Shown piece by piece: positions 32,112-46,550 of a DNA stretch of 64,000 nucleotides. Source of the stretch: the human T2T-CHM13v2.0 reference genome, Homo sapiens; the NCBI RefSeq assembly GCF_009914755.1, contig NC_060926.1. One strand, 5' to 3'. The notes under the pieces are model-generated. The model did not search any database and had not been told where the DNA came from. It saw only the letters and a list, made by a program, of their open reading frames with translations. Each line of letters begins with the position of its first letter. The stretch's first letter is position 1. A program made the translations under genes and the position numbers.

Positions 32112-33128
32112 TTACAATTTGGCATGTTTTTGCAGTAGCTGGTACCGGTTTTTCCTTTCCATGTTTAGTGCTACCTCTAGGAGCTCTTGTAGGGCAGGCC
32201 TGGTGGTGAGAAAATCTCTCAGCATTTGCTTGTCTGTAAAGGATTTTATTTCTCCTTCACTTATGAAGCTTAGTTTGGCTGGATATGAAATTCTGGGTTG
32301 AAAATTCTTTTCTTTAAGAACGTTGAATATTGGCCCCACTCTCTTGTGGCTTGTAGGGTTTCTGGCGAGAGATCAGCTGTTAGTCTGATGGGCTTCCCTT
32401 TGTGGGTAACTCGACCTTTCTGTCTGGCTGCCCTTAACACTTTTTTCCTTCATTTCAACTTTGGTGAATCTGACAATTATGTGTCTTGGAGTTGCTCTTC
32501 TCGAGGAGTATCTTTGTGGCATTCTCTGTATTTCCTGAATTTGAATGTTGGCCTGCCTTGGTAGGTTGGGGAAGTTCTCCTGGATAATATCCTGCAGAGT
32601 GTTTTCCAACTTGGTTCCATTCTCCCCATCACTTTCAGGTACACCAATCAGAGGTAGATTTGGTCTTTTCTCATAGTGCCGTATTTCTTGGAGGCTTTGT
32701 GCGTTTCTTTTTATTCTTTTTTCTCTAAACTTCTCTTCTTGCTTCATTTCATTCATTTGATCTTCAATCACTGATACCCTTTCTTCCAGTTGATCAAATC
32801 GGCTACTGAAGCTTGTGCATTCTTCACATAGTTCTCGTGCCATGGTTTTCAGCTCCATCAGGTCCTTTAAGAACTTCTCTGCATTGGTTATCCTAGTTGG
32901 CCATTCGTCTAATCTTTTTTCAAGGTTTTTAACTTCTTTGCGATGGGTTCAGACTTCCTCCTTTAGCTCGGAGAAGTTTGATCATCTGAAGCCTTCTTCT
33001 CTCAACTCGTCAAAGTCATTCTCCATCCAGCTTTGTTCCATTGCTGGTGAGGAGCTGCGTTCCTTTGGAGGAGGAGAGGCACTCTGATTTTTAGAATTTT
33101 CATTTTTTCTGTTCTGTTTTTTCCCCAT
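32112..33128 (-). pseudogene. L1 ORF1 (RNA-binding protein), disrupted
   Basis: ATG at 33128 (MGKKQNRK); nonsense TGA at 32982-32984; frameshift near 32440; ends QKHAKL* at 32112. Confidence 0.95.
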
Positions 33129-33129
33129 C

Positions 33130-34158
33130 TTTGTGGTTTTATCTACCTTTGGTCTTTGATGATGGTGACGTACAGATGGGGTTTTGGTGTGGATGTCCTT
33201 TCTGTTTGTTAGTTTTCCTTCTAACAGTCAGGACCCTCAGCTGCAAGTCTGTTGGAGTTTGCTAGAGGTCCACTCCAGACCCTGTTTGCCTGGGTATCAG
33301 CAGCGGAGGCTGCAGAACAGCGAATACTGCTGAACAACAAAGGTTGCTGTCTGATCGTTTCTCTGGAGGTTTCATCTCAGAGGGGTTCCCTACTGTGTGA
33401 GGTGTCAGTCTGCCCCTACTTTGGGGTGCTTCCCAGTTAGGCTACTCGGGGGTCAGGGACCCATTTGAGGAGGCAGTCTGTCCATTCTCAGATCTCAAAC
33501 TCCGTGCTGGGAGAACCACTACTCTCTTCAAAGCTGTCAGACAGGGACATTTAAGTCTGCCTAGGTTTCTGCTGCCTTTTGTTTGGCTATGCCCTGCCCC
33601 CAGTGGTGGAGTCTACAGAGGCAGGCAGGCCTTCTTGAGCTGCAGTGGGCTCCACCCAGTTCGAGCTTCCTGGCCGCTTTGTTTACCTACTCAAGCCTCA
33701 GCAATGGCAGGCACCCCTCCCCCAGCCTCGCTGCCACCTTGCAGTTCGATCTCAGACTGCTGTGCTAGCAATGAGTGAGGCTCTGTGGGTGTGGGACCCT
33801 CTGGGCCAGGCGTGGGATATAATCTCCTGGTGTGCCGTTTGCTAAGACCATTGGAAAAGCTCAGTATTAGTGTGGGAGTGACCTGATTTTCCAGGTGCCG
33901 TCTTTCACAGCTTTGCTTGGCTATGAAAGGGAATTCCCTGACCCCTTGCACTTCCTGGGTGAGGCGATGCCTTGCCCTGCTTCGGCTTACGCTCGGTGCA
34001 CTGCACCCACTGTCCTGCACCCACTTTCCGACACTCCCCAGTGAGATGAACCCGGTACCGCATTTGGAAATGCAGAAATCACCTGCCTTCTGTGTCGCTC
34101 ACCCTGGGAGCTATAGAGTGGAGCTGTTCCTATTCGGCCATCTTGGAACTGTGCCCCC
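33130..34158 (-). promoter_or_regulatory. L1 5'UTR: internal sense promoter with intact YY1 site, antisense promoter region, ZNF93-target segment
   Basis: CAAGATGGCCG on minus strand (34135-34145); 129 bp segment ~33258-33386 containing CAGCAGCGGAGGCTGCAG (33298-33315). Confidence 0.75.
33704..33778 (+). pseudogene. L1 ORF0 homolog truncated after 24 codons
   Basis: MAGTPPPASLPPCSSISDCCASNE* matches the ORF0 N-terminus (MAGAPPPASLPPC...); stop at 33776-33778. Confidence 0.8.
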
Positions 34159-34316
34159 GATAACTGATCATTTTTAGACTCTTCTGTGTTCATGCCTTCA
34201 AGGACTTGCAGATGTCAGAATAAAGATAACCAACTGACAATGATCTCTTGCATTTCCTCCTTACCCTTTTCAAATAAACATTACCTTTACCTTCTTTTTA
34301 AAATTCTATCAATATT

Positions 34317-36204
<1,888 letters not shown>

Positions 36205-36689
36205 TCCCTCATTTTCCCTTTTTCAGTTTTTCATAGCCCGGTGAAGTAAATAGAGCATGAAAAATGATCCTCACTTTATAGGTGAAAAAATCAAAAGGCA
36301 GAAGTGATAAATAAATCACTTACACTCACACAACTGGTTGTTGCCATGGAGAGAGCCAGAACTCTTGCCTTCTGACATCTTGGCTGTTGCTGCACTATGG
36401 TGCTCATGAATAAATTTACCTCATATAGAGTGTTGTAGAGATGGGAGCAAGAGTAATATGATTGCCATAGAGATCAGTATAAGAAAGGATGCCAATTTCA
36501 TGATAGAGGGGAATGACTCGGAGAAAGCCTTTAGTTCACCTCTAAGGACCAGGCCCACTAGCATGGATATATCTGATGTTCATGCAGTGGACATATTCCC
36601 ACTAAAATTTGAATTTAAAAATCTCCAGGTGTTTCATAGGTAACCAAATAGCATCACATTTCCAGGGCAGAAGACAATAACAGCAATCA

Positions 36690-36930
36690 TCAGGAATGCC
36701 TGTGGAATGCTCAGTCTGGACCAGGTGCTGCATTAAGAGCTTTGTACCCATCATGTCCTTTAATAACTACCCTGTGAGGAAGGTACTAGGACTGTTGTTG
36801 TTTTACAGCTGAGGAAATCGAAGCTTAAGTGGTTTGTCAAGGTCTTAAAACTAATAAACCACAGAGCTGAGAATGAACCCGAGTAGCCTGTCCCCAAATC
36901 CCATGTGTTTCCACGACATTATTTCCAGCT
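36690..36930 (-). mobile_element. MIR fragment
   Basis: 'ccaggtgctgcattaagagcttt...ccctgtgaggaaggtact...ttttacagctgaggaaatcgaagct'. Confidence 0.75.
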
Positions 36931-38177
36931 CCTGCGTATCAACTGTAATGTCTGTGAGGCAGAGGAATGTGGGGTGGACCTGACCCTTAAGATTGAGTTC
37001 AGTGGTTAGACTGCATCTGAGAAGGCAGATTCCAGCGGGGCAGCCTCAGTAAAAGGAGCCTGGCACCCACCAAGGCTTTTCTCCTGCGGCCTCTCCTGTA
37101 GTGCTCTGTCTCAACAGACAAATCTGTTGGTAAATGGCAGCAGAGTGTCAAGGAACAAACTATGATTTTCTTACCCCTCTTTCCCTCTTGTTGTTCAGAA
37201 GTTTATTTCTGCTTGTTGGTTCCTTTTCAGAAGTGATTTTCTAGATCTTGATGTGGTCGCCAGTAGAATTAGGTTTCCATCTTCCTGAATTTTTACCATG
37301 TTTTCTAACTTTAGAAGACTCACTGCTTCTGAAGAGACAAATAAAATATTCCTTAGACATGGGATGTGTAGAGCCTTCTCTCAGTGGAGTGTGCTTTCTG
37401 TTCATCCCACGTCCTGCCTCAGTTCCTAAAGCATAGGTGAGAAGCAAAGCCAGCGGTTCTCCTGAGAACCCATCATTTGTTCTCTAGTGACCTGATTCAT
37501 TCCTTGTGACTCTCAAAAATGCTATGCAGCAGCCCTTTGAAATGAAATGCTTTTCTATTGAACTAGAAAATAATCACATCCTCCCATTTACTCTTTAGGG
37601 TACAAATTGATCTGACTTGATTTGTCAGAGAGCCAGAACTGCAGGCAAATAGACGCCAGAGAAATCAACCAATCTTTTAAGCCAGCAGTAATTGTTCCTC
37701 CTGTCGGCTGGCTAAATGACTTGTATCTGGAGGAGACGCTCAGAATGAATCAGAATGCTTGAGGTGACAGAAACACAGAGCATTCCAAAGTGGGCTGTAA
37801 CAGAGTGAGTGTTTCTTCATGTCTTACAAGAGTTTGGTTTCATGTTTTTTCCCCTTTCCCTCTTATTCTGTCTCCTGGGGCTAGTGTTATCTGGCAGAGA
37901 CCAAGCTGAAGCATGTATATAATAGCAAGGAATAGTAGTTTGTGTGGGGATGAGGGGAGGTGAGTACTAGTATTTAATTCTAGAATATACTTACCTGTAT
38001 CTCAGTCATTAAACCCAGGAAGTCCCTATAGAATAGGTACCACCCAAGAGGGGGTAAAATCCCTTTGCTGGTGAGCTGTCCATCATTTTTTTTTTTTTTT
38101 GAGACAGAGTCTCACTCTGTTGCCTAGGCTGGAGTACAATGGCACAATCTCAGCTCACTGCAGCCTCCGCCTCCTGA

Positions 38178-39556
38178 TGAGAGGTGACAGCGTGCTGGCA
38201 GTCCTCAGAGCCCTCGCTTGCTCTTGGCACCTCCTCTGCCTGGGCTCCCACTTTGGCAGCATTTGAGGAGCCTTTCAGCCCACCACTGCACTGTGGGAGC
38301 CCCTTTCTGGGCTGGCCAAGGCTGGAGCCCACTCCCTCAGCTTGCGGGGAGGTGTGGAGGGAGAGACGCGAACGGGAACCGGGGCTGCGCACGGCGCTTG
38401 CGGGCCAGCTGGAGTTCCGGGTGGGTGTGGGCTTGGAGGGTCCCGCACTCAGAGCCCTGCTGGCCCCAGGCAGTGGGGGGCTTAGCACCCGGGCCAGCAG
38501 CTGCGGAGGGTGTACTGGGTCCCCCAGCAGTGCCAGCCCACCGGCGCTGTGCTCGATTTCTCGCCGAGCCTTAGCTGCCTTCCCGCAGGGCAGGGCTCGG
38601 GACCTGCAGCCCGCCATGCCTGAGCCTTCCCCTGCCTCCGTGGGTTCCTGTGCAGCCCGAGCCTCCCCGACGAATACCACCCCCTGTTCCATGGCGCCCA
38701 GTCCCATCGACCACCCAAGGGCTGAGGAGTATGAGCGCATGGCGCGGGACTGGCAGGCAGCTCCACCTGCAGCCCCGGTGCGGGATCCACTGGGTGAAGT
38801 CAGCTGGGATCCTGAGTCTGGTGGGGATGTGGAGAGTCTTTATATCTAGCTCAGGGATTGTAAATACACCAATCAGCACCCTGTGTTCAGCTCAAGGTTT
38901 GTGAGTGCACCAATCGACACTCTGTATCTAGCTGCTCTGGTGGGGCCTTGGAGAACCTGTGTGTCCAAACTCTGTATCTAACTAATCTGATGGGGACGTG
39001 GAGAAACTTTGTATCTAGCTCAGGGATTGTAAACGCACCAATCAGCGCCCTGACAAAACAGGCCACTAGGCTCTACCAATCAGCAGGATGTGGGTGGGGC
39101 CAGATAAGAGAATAAAAGCAGGCTGCCCGAGCCAGCATTGGCAACCCGCTCGGGTCCCCTTCCACACTGTGGAAGCTTTGTTCTTTTGCTTTTTGCAATA
39201 ACTCTTGCTACTGCTCACTCTTTGGGTCCACACTGCTTTTATGAGCTGTAACACGCACGGCGAAGATGTGCAGCTTCACTCCTGAGCCCAGCGAGACCAC
39301 GAGCCCACTGGGAGGAAGGAAGAACTCCAGACGCACTACCTTAAGAGCTGTAACATTCACCGCCAAGGTCTGCAGCTTCACTCCTGAGCCCAGCGAGACC
39401 ACGAACTCACCAGAAGGAAGAAACTCTGGACACATCTGAACATCAGAAGGGAGAGAGTCCAGACGCGCCACCTTAAGAGCTGTAACACTCACCGTGAGGG
39501 TCCGCGGCTTCATTTTTGAAGTCAGTGAGACCAAGAACCCACCAATTCCGGACACA
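38178..39556 (+). mobile_element. LTR12C-like (HERV9) solo LTR, 1379 bp
   Basis: TGAGAGGTGACAGCGTGCTGGCAG start, CCAATTCCGGACACA end; U3 CCAAT repeats; U5 'cagcttcactcctgagcc' repeats; 4 bp TSD CTGA/CTGG. Confidence 0.96.
38860..39150 (+). promoter_or_regulatory. LTR12 U3 enhancer/core promoter (NF-Y, GC/GT box, GATA, TATA-like)
   Basis: CCAAT at 38869, 38910, 39038, 39076; GTGGGTGGGG ~39090-39099; AGATAA 39102-39107; AATAAAA 39111-39117. Confidence 0.75.
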
Positions 39557-39759
39557 CTGGGTTCAAGTGATTCTCGTGCCTCAGCCTCCCGAGTAACTGG
39601 GATTACACGCATGTCCTACCCCGCCCAGCTAATTTCTGTATTTTTAGTAGAGACAGGCTGGTCTCAAATTCCTGACCTCAAGTGATCCGCCTGCCTCGGC
39701 CTCCCAAAGTGGTGGGATTACAGGCATGAGCCACTGCGCCCGGCCCCTTTGTTTTTAAA

Positions 39760-40450
39760 TTAAAAAAAAAATTGAAATAGTTTGAACATACAGGAAAACT
39801 GCAAAATATAATTTACACTCATGTACAAACTACCTAGATTTAAGAGGTACTATCTTGTCATATTAGCATTGGTTCTCTTTTTTTTTCTTCCTTCTTCCCT
39901 CTCTCCCTCTTTTCTTCCCTCCTTTCCTTCTTTTGAAACAAAATGTTGCAGTATAGCTAAATGTCCATTCTTTTATCACATTGTTTTATTTATTTGTCTT
40001 CCTTTCCAGAGGGAGCTGATATCATAAGGTTAGAATTTATCTTTCTTGTTCATTAAAATTACCTTATATATATGCAGAAATAATATGCAGTGCTCTTTGG
40101 GGGTTGGTTTTTAATATTAACTTATTTGGTGTATTTTATATGTGTTCTTTTACATCTTTTTTACATATGATGTTTTGTTGGGATTTTTCCATGCTGATAC
40201 TAATAGGTCTAGTACGATTGTTTTAACTGCTGCATTGAATTGCTTTATATGACTAACCCCAACTTTATTTAACTTTACTGTTATGAACATGTTTTTTCCT
40301 ACTACAAACAATGCTGCAATACTTGTGAGGTCTCTTCAGGCCCAGGGGTAAGGTTTTTTTTCTACAGGGTATATATTTAAGAGCGGAATTGCTGGGTTAC
40401 AAAATTGGCTTTTCTTCAACTTTACTAGCTGTTATCGAATTGTTAAACTG
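39760..40450 (-). mobile_element. Ancient L1ME/L1MC 3' fragments
   Basis: 'ctactacaaacaatgctgcaat', 'gagcggaattgctgggt', 'ttcaactttactag'. Confidence 0.65.
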
Positions 40451-41747
40451 TGCACTTAAAAATAGTTTATACAACATCCCCCTAAAGGATAGACCAAAAA
40501 GGAATAAGATGTAGGAACTGAATAGCAAAAAGATGTAACAAAAAAACTAGTTCAGTAAAGCACATTATGTTTATTTTCTGTAACCTGGTCCATGATATTT
40601 ATGGTGGTATTTCCTTTCTTGAAATAAGACACTAATGCAATCTGTATCCTAATTGAGATAAAATAGTGCCTGAACTACCATCTCTATACTATTCCACTAT
40701 AAATAGACAAAGCAAGTAGCTGGGTAAGAACTCCTAAGTTATCCCTCTGAGCCCCAGACTTTCATTCCATAACTTTATCTTCAAACTTAGTTGCAATATG
40801 TGCCCAGGTTGGGAAAGTAGCTTCATTTTGCAATCATCTATGAAATCTGAAGAAAACCAGGTCTTGAAAAAGTGGAATGTACCAATCCCCTGGAAGATAT
40901 CAGAGTATCTGGTGCAGGTCACAGAAACCTCTGACCATCATAAATAGAAACTGAAAAAAGATCTTTATTTCATGGTGTAACCAGCCTGTGAGTACACGTT
41001 CAGACACACTCATTTTGATGCTTCCATTTACAGGGGTTCTAAACCCTATAGGCTTATGCTAAACTTCCACCCCCTTCCCCTCAGTTATTTCAAGGTAGTC
41101 CCCAAGGTGTTGGCTCATCACATGTGCTGAGAAACAAGTTTGCTCGTGTGATGCCTTGGCTTCTTTGTCAGGGGACTGCACCCTGAGTTGGCCCTCAGTG
41201 AGAATGGGACTCCATTAGGCACATCCATATTCTTCCCTTCTTAGGAAGCCAGAGCTATCCGTATGTGTGGCAGGGTTGGGATAGGGTGAGAAAGGGAGCA
41301 GGACCTTTTCTCCAGCTCTGCCTCTCAGGCTCTAAAGCAGCACACATGTGCCCAGCTTTGCTGCCATAGGGTTGGAGTCGGGGTGGGGAAAATGTTACTG
41401 CATCCTCGCCATTGTAACCCTATTTCCTGTCTTTCCTCCTAGGCACCCTGTCTCAGCACTCTCCCAACTTTGTCCCCAGGCAGTGAGTGCTTCATGGCCA
41501 GAGAGAGATAGGACTGAACCCTCGTACCTTCAAACATATCTAAATCTCTGGTGCAGTTCAGGTGAGACAGCCTGCTAAATAGAGTCACTAAAGACACAAG
41601 GAGGCCCTTTGGGGGACATTCATTATTTTCCTCCCATGGCAGATCAGCAACAAAAGCACATGAAGACACCAGCCTTGTTTTGACTGGAGAACAGATCTGT
41701 GCATGTAAAGAAGAAATAGCTTGATTGGGGTTAAATCAAAGCTTTGA

Positions 41748-42053
<306 letters not shown>

Positions 42054-42079
42054 TGAACATTTCTTAAAAATGGAATCAT

Positions 42080-42380
42080 GGCTGGACGCGGTGGCTCACG
42101 CCTATAATCCCAACACTTTGGGAGGCCAAGGCAGGAGGATTACTGAGCCCAGGAGTTCAAGATCAGCTTGGGCAATATAGCGAGACTTCATCTCTACAAA
42201 ATAATAATAAAAAAAATTAGCCAGGCATGGTGGTGCACACTTGCAATCCTAGCTACTTGGGAGTCTGAGGCAGGAGACTTGCTTGAACCTGGGAGGTCAG
42301 GACTGTAGTGAGCCATGATTGTACCACTGCACTCCAGCCTGGGCAATATAGTGACTTCATCCCAAAACAGAAAACAAAAC
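42080..42380 (+). mobile_element. AluJ SINE, head-to-head with previous Alu
   Basis: 'tgagcccaggagttcaag', 'gggcaatatagcgagac'. Confidence 0.93.
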
Positions 42381-42430
42381 ACACAGGATCACGTTTGAAG
42401 AGATCTTAGGTGTTATCTAGTTCACCATCC

Positions 42431-43340
42431 TGTCTATTTTGATTATCTACTGTTTTGTTACAAACCACCCTAAAATTTAGTGACTTAATAGTGATTCATT
42501 GTTTTGCTTTTTTTTTAATATTTGTTTTTTTTATTTTTTATTTTTATTTTTTTAAATTTTATTATTATTATACTTTAAGTTTCAGGGTACATGTGCACAA
42601 TGTGCAGGTTAGTTACATATGTATACATGTGCCATGCTGGTGTGCTGCACCCATTAACTCATCATTTAGCATTAGGTATATCTCCTAAAGCTATCCCTCC
42701 CCACTCCCCCCACCCCCCAACAGTCACCAGAGTGTGATGTTCCCCTTCCTGTGTCCATGTGTTCTCATTGTTCAATTCCCACCTATGAGTAAGAATATGC
42801 AGTGTTTGGTTTTTTGTTCTTGCGATAGTTTACTGAGAATGATGTTTTCCAATTTCATCCATGTCCCTACAAAGGATATGAACTCATCATATTTATGGCT
42901 GCATAATATTCCATGGTGTATATGTGCCACATTTTCTTAATCCAGTCTATCATTGTTGGACAGATTCATTGTTTTTCACAGTTCTGTGGGTTGGCTGAAT
43001 GGCTTCTCTGCTGTTTTCACCTGGACTGACTTACGTGGCTGTGTTGAATTGGAGGGTCCCGGATGGCCTCATTCATAGGTGTCGCAGATGGCACTGACTG
43101 GTGGCTGGAGTGCCTTGGTTCTCCTTTTAGCCTCTTATCCTCTGGAAGGCTTCCTTACATGGTCAGTCTCAGCGCAGCACTTAAAGAGGACGGAAACTAC
43201 AAGGCTTCTGGAACTCATACAACCACGTACTTGTCACATTCAATTGGTCAAAACAAGTCAGAAGGCTGGCCCAGAGTCAAGATGGAGAAATAGACTCCAC
43301 CTCTTGATGGGAGTTGTTGCAAAATATCGTGGCCACTCAA
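42431..43340 (-). mobile_element. MLT1(F/G/H)-like LTR split by young L1
   Basis: 'ttacaaaccaccctaaaatttagtgactta...cacagttctgtgggttggctg...attggtcaaaacaagtca...atagactccacctcttgatggg'. Confidence 0.8.
42506..42962 (-). mobile_element. 5'-truncated L1PA2/L1PA3 3' end
   Basis: 'ggttagttacatatg', 'tttagcattagg' young-subfamily diagnostics; no L1HS-Ta ACA; perfect 13 bp TSD GATTCATTGTTTT (42493-42505, 42963-42975). Confidence 0.92.
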
Positions 43341-44204
43341 TCCTAGCTATAGCATCTCTGATGGTTGTTCAAATTAAATAAGGCTAGTGAAGGGGTTCTT
43401 TTTCTTTCTTGAGTCAACTTGTTTCATATAGACCACCCACAGTCTTTTCCTTTTGGATGAACACCCCTTTGGTTCAAAATAAGCATCAAGGACTCACGCA
43501 TTCTTATTCATTACTGCGGATATGAAACCTGTAGGGGATGAATAAGGAAACTGTGCCTTTAGGACACATGGATGGAATAACTTATTTTGTCTAAGCTACA
43601 CTTGAGCTAGATGTGCCTTCTGGGGAGGCAACCTTGTTCTGGCTAAGCTGGGCCAGTGTAGAGCTGAGGGGAAATAAAACATATGAGCTGAGTGCACCTG
43701 TCTCTGGCTTAGATTTTAAGGGAGAAAGAGAAAGGGGGCCCTTGAGGTTTCTGTGCTATTCAGCTGCAGGAGAACAGGGAAGTTAGTTGGAGAGGAAGCC
43801 CTGGTCCACAATAAAGGGTGCCCAGGGCTAAAAATCTCAGGAAATTTTGTGTTGTCGTAAGTATCTGGATGGCATGCAGATCCAGGGGAAGCAAGAGGAT
43901 ACAAACATACTTTTGGTCTAGTGCTCTGTTACTCACAGTGTGTTCATTGGGTCACCAGGAGAATCTTGGGCCCACTGTGTTTTAATAAGATCACCAAATA
44001 ACTCATCTGCTCATTAAAATTTGAGGCACACTGACTTAGAGAGCCTTCCCTCAATGGGGGGACTCATGTAAATCTGGTCTTATTTCTAAAAAAGAACTAG
44101 GTTTGGTACCACTCAAGGCTTTCTGGGAACAGAGAGGATGCAGCTTTACTGTCTGTAGGTACCTGTAAACCACGGCCCTTTTTTCTGAGCAGGGGTTTAA
44201 ACTT

Positions 44205-44502
44205 TTTTTTTAAAAGCAGTTTTAGTGAGATATAATTCACATACCATGCAATTCACTATTTGAAAGTGCACAATTCGATGGTTTTAAAAAAATATTCACA
44301 GATATGTGTAACCACTACCACAGTCAACTTTAGAACATTTTCATGATCTCAAGAAGAAATCCCATATTCTTTAGCTATCACCCCCCTCCCCACTCTCCCA
44401 TCCCTGATCTCCCCAGTTTTTAGTAGCCATTAATCTACTTTCTGTCTCCATGTATTTCCCTATTCAGGACTTTCATGTGAATGGAATCATATAGTATGTG
44501 GT
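44205..44502 (-). mobile_element. L1MB 3' end inside a hAT-Charlie MITE remnant (~44190-44660)
   Basis: 'gagatataattcacataccatgcaattcac...gaatggaatcatatagtatgtgg'. Confidence 0.8.
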
Positions 44503-45437
44503 TCTTAACCATTTTTCTGGGTAATGGACACCCATTGAAACTCCTGGAAGCCATAAACCTGCTCCCCAGAACACAAATGACAAGTATAGTCACCCAAAAT
44601 TTCATGAATACTCTGAATGCTTAGTTTAGAGAGCTGAGCCTAGATTAAGAACTCATGCCCTGTGGCCAGTCAAAGCAGGTAGTTGTAAGTGGGTCCTGAT
44701 CTAATTGGAGCAACATTGACAGGGATGGGACTGCACAGGGATAGGTCACACAAGGTCATCATCACTCCAAGGTGGAAAGTGACTAAAGCAAAGGACAGGC
44801 ACCAAGTGTTTACAGAGCTAAAGGAACTGTGTTTATAACACATAGTTTGCCAAGGAGGGGGAGATGGTGAACAGATGTGTCATTTGCAATTATTCCTAAA
44901 GATGTTAATTATGCAAATGAATCTCTGATTAGGGTTCTAAAAAAAGAACCCTATATATTATGGGGTGTTGGATGTGTACAATCAAGCATGCTTGCTGACT
45001 GTTCATCCTGGTAATCACTGTTGGTGCCAGATTTATCACCTGTAGCTCTTGTTTTCAACGTGAGCTGGAAAGGGGTTCTATGGGCATTTTCCAACTACAG
45101 AATATTAAAGTTGGAAAGTGATATCTGAGATCATGGAGTACAGCTCTGTCCTTGTTCAGAGGCAGAAACTGAGATCCAGAGAAATTATGTGATTTGTCAC
45201 TAGCAGAGCAAGGATAAGAGCCCATATCTTTTATATCATTGATTCCCTTTCCCTTGCCTTATTGCATCAAACAAGGTGTAAGTCAACTCTCAATTTTCCC
45301 GTCAGGTTCTACCTTAAATCTATGTGGAGCGAGGGCCAAGGGAATGATGTGAACAAATATTTCCCTTACCTACTCAGCAAGTGCATGTGAGTGTGTGTGT
45401 TTGTGGGGGAAGGAACAGGGGGAGAGTAAGTGACTAG

Positions 45438-45768
<331 letters not shown>

Positions 45769-45784
45769 AAAGCCTATATTTAGA

Positions 45785-45960
45785 CCATGCTGTTCAATAG
45801 AGTAGCTACTAGTCATCTGTGGCTATTTAAATTAAATTTAATAAAAATTAAATAAAATTTAAAAATCAGTTCCTCCGTTGCAGTCACATTTCAAATGTGC
45901 AGTAGCTACTTGTGGCTAGTGGCCACATTTCCGTCACTGTAAAGTCCTATTGGACAGGGA
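45785..45960. mobile_element. MER3/MER33-like hAT-Charlie fossil
   Basis: 'gctgttcaataga...gtggctatttaaatt...cacatttcaa...gtggctagtggc...ctattggacag'. Confidence 0.8.
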
Positions 45961-45964
45961 TTTC

Positions 45965-46185
45965 TAGAATTTAGAGCCAGATTTTCTGAGTCTGAATCCC
46001 AGTCCCAGCCCTTATAGTAAAAGCTTGCCTGGGTTATTTAATGTTCCCAAGCCTCAGTTTCTTCTTCTGTAAAATGGTATCTGCCTCAGTGGTTTGCTAT
46101 GAAAATTATGAATGTAAGTAAGAAAACATGTATCCAACTCTTAGCAAAAGAACCTTATATTTACTAAGCACTAAATAATGATTAT
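45965..46185 (+). mobile_element. MIR
   Basis: 'agagccaga...tgaatccc...aagcctcagtttcttcttctgtaaaatgg...taagcactaaataatg'. Confidence 0.8.
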
Positions 46186-46223
46186 CAGTAAGTAGCTTAG
46201 CTTCATGCTTAGACTGTGCAATT

Positions 46224-46550
<327 letters not shown>

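Larger units (their letters stand above)
38086..39745 (-). mobile_element. AluS SINE split by LTR12C (pieces 38086-38177 and 39557-39745)
   Basis: 'cctccgcctcctga|LTR|ctgggttcaagtgattctc' continuity across the insertion; ~20 bp deletion after 'agtagagac'. Confidence 0.93.

Noticed and set aside
37989-37997. Perfect minus-strand splice donor CAG|GTAAGT
   Set aside because: Isolated 9-mer with no strong paired acceptor or ORF; can occur by chance
38150-38904. Overlapping 84-221 aa ORFs on both strands
   Set aside because: All lie in the GC-rich U3 of LTR12C; stop-poor composition and no recognisable domain
39230-39520. Regularly spaced direct repeats (CAGCTTCACTCCTGAGCCCAGCGAGACCACGA) resembling a CRISPR array
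   Set aside because: These are the known U5 tandem repeats of LTR12; eukaryotic context, no unique spacers and no cas genes
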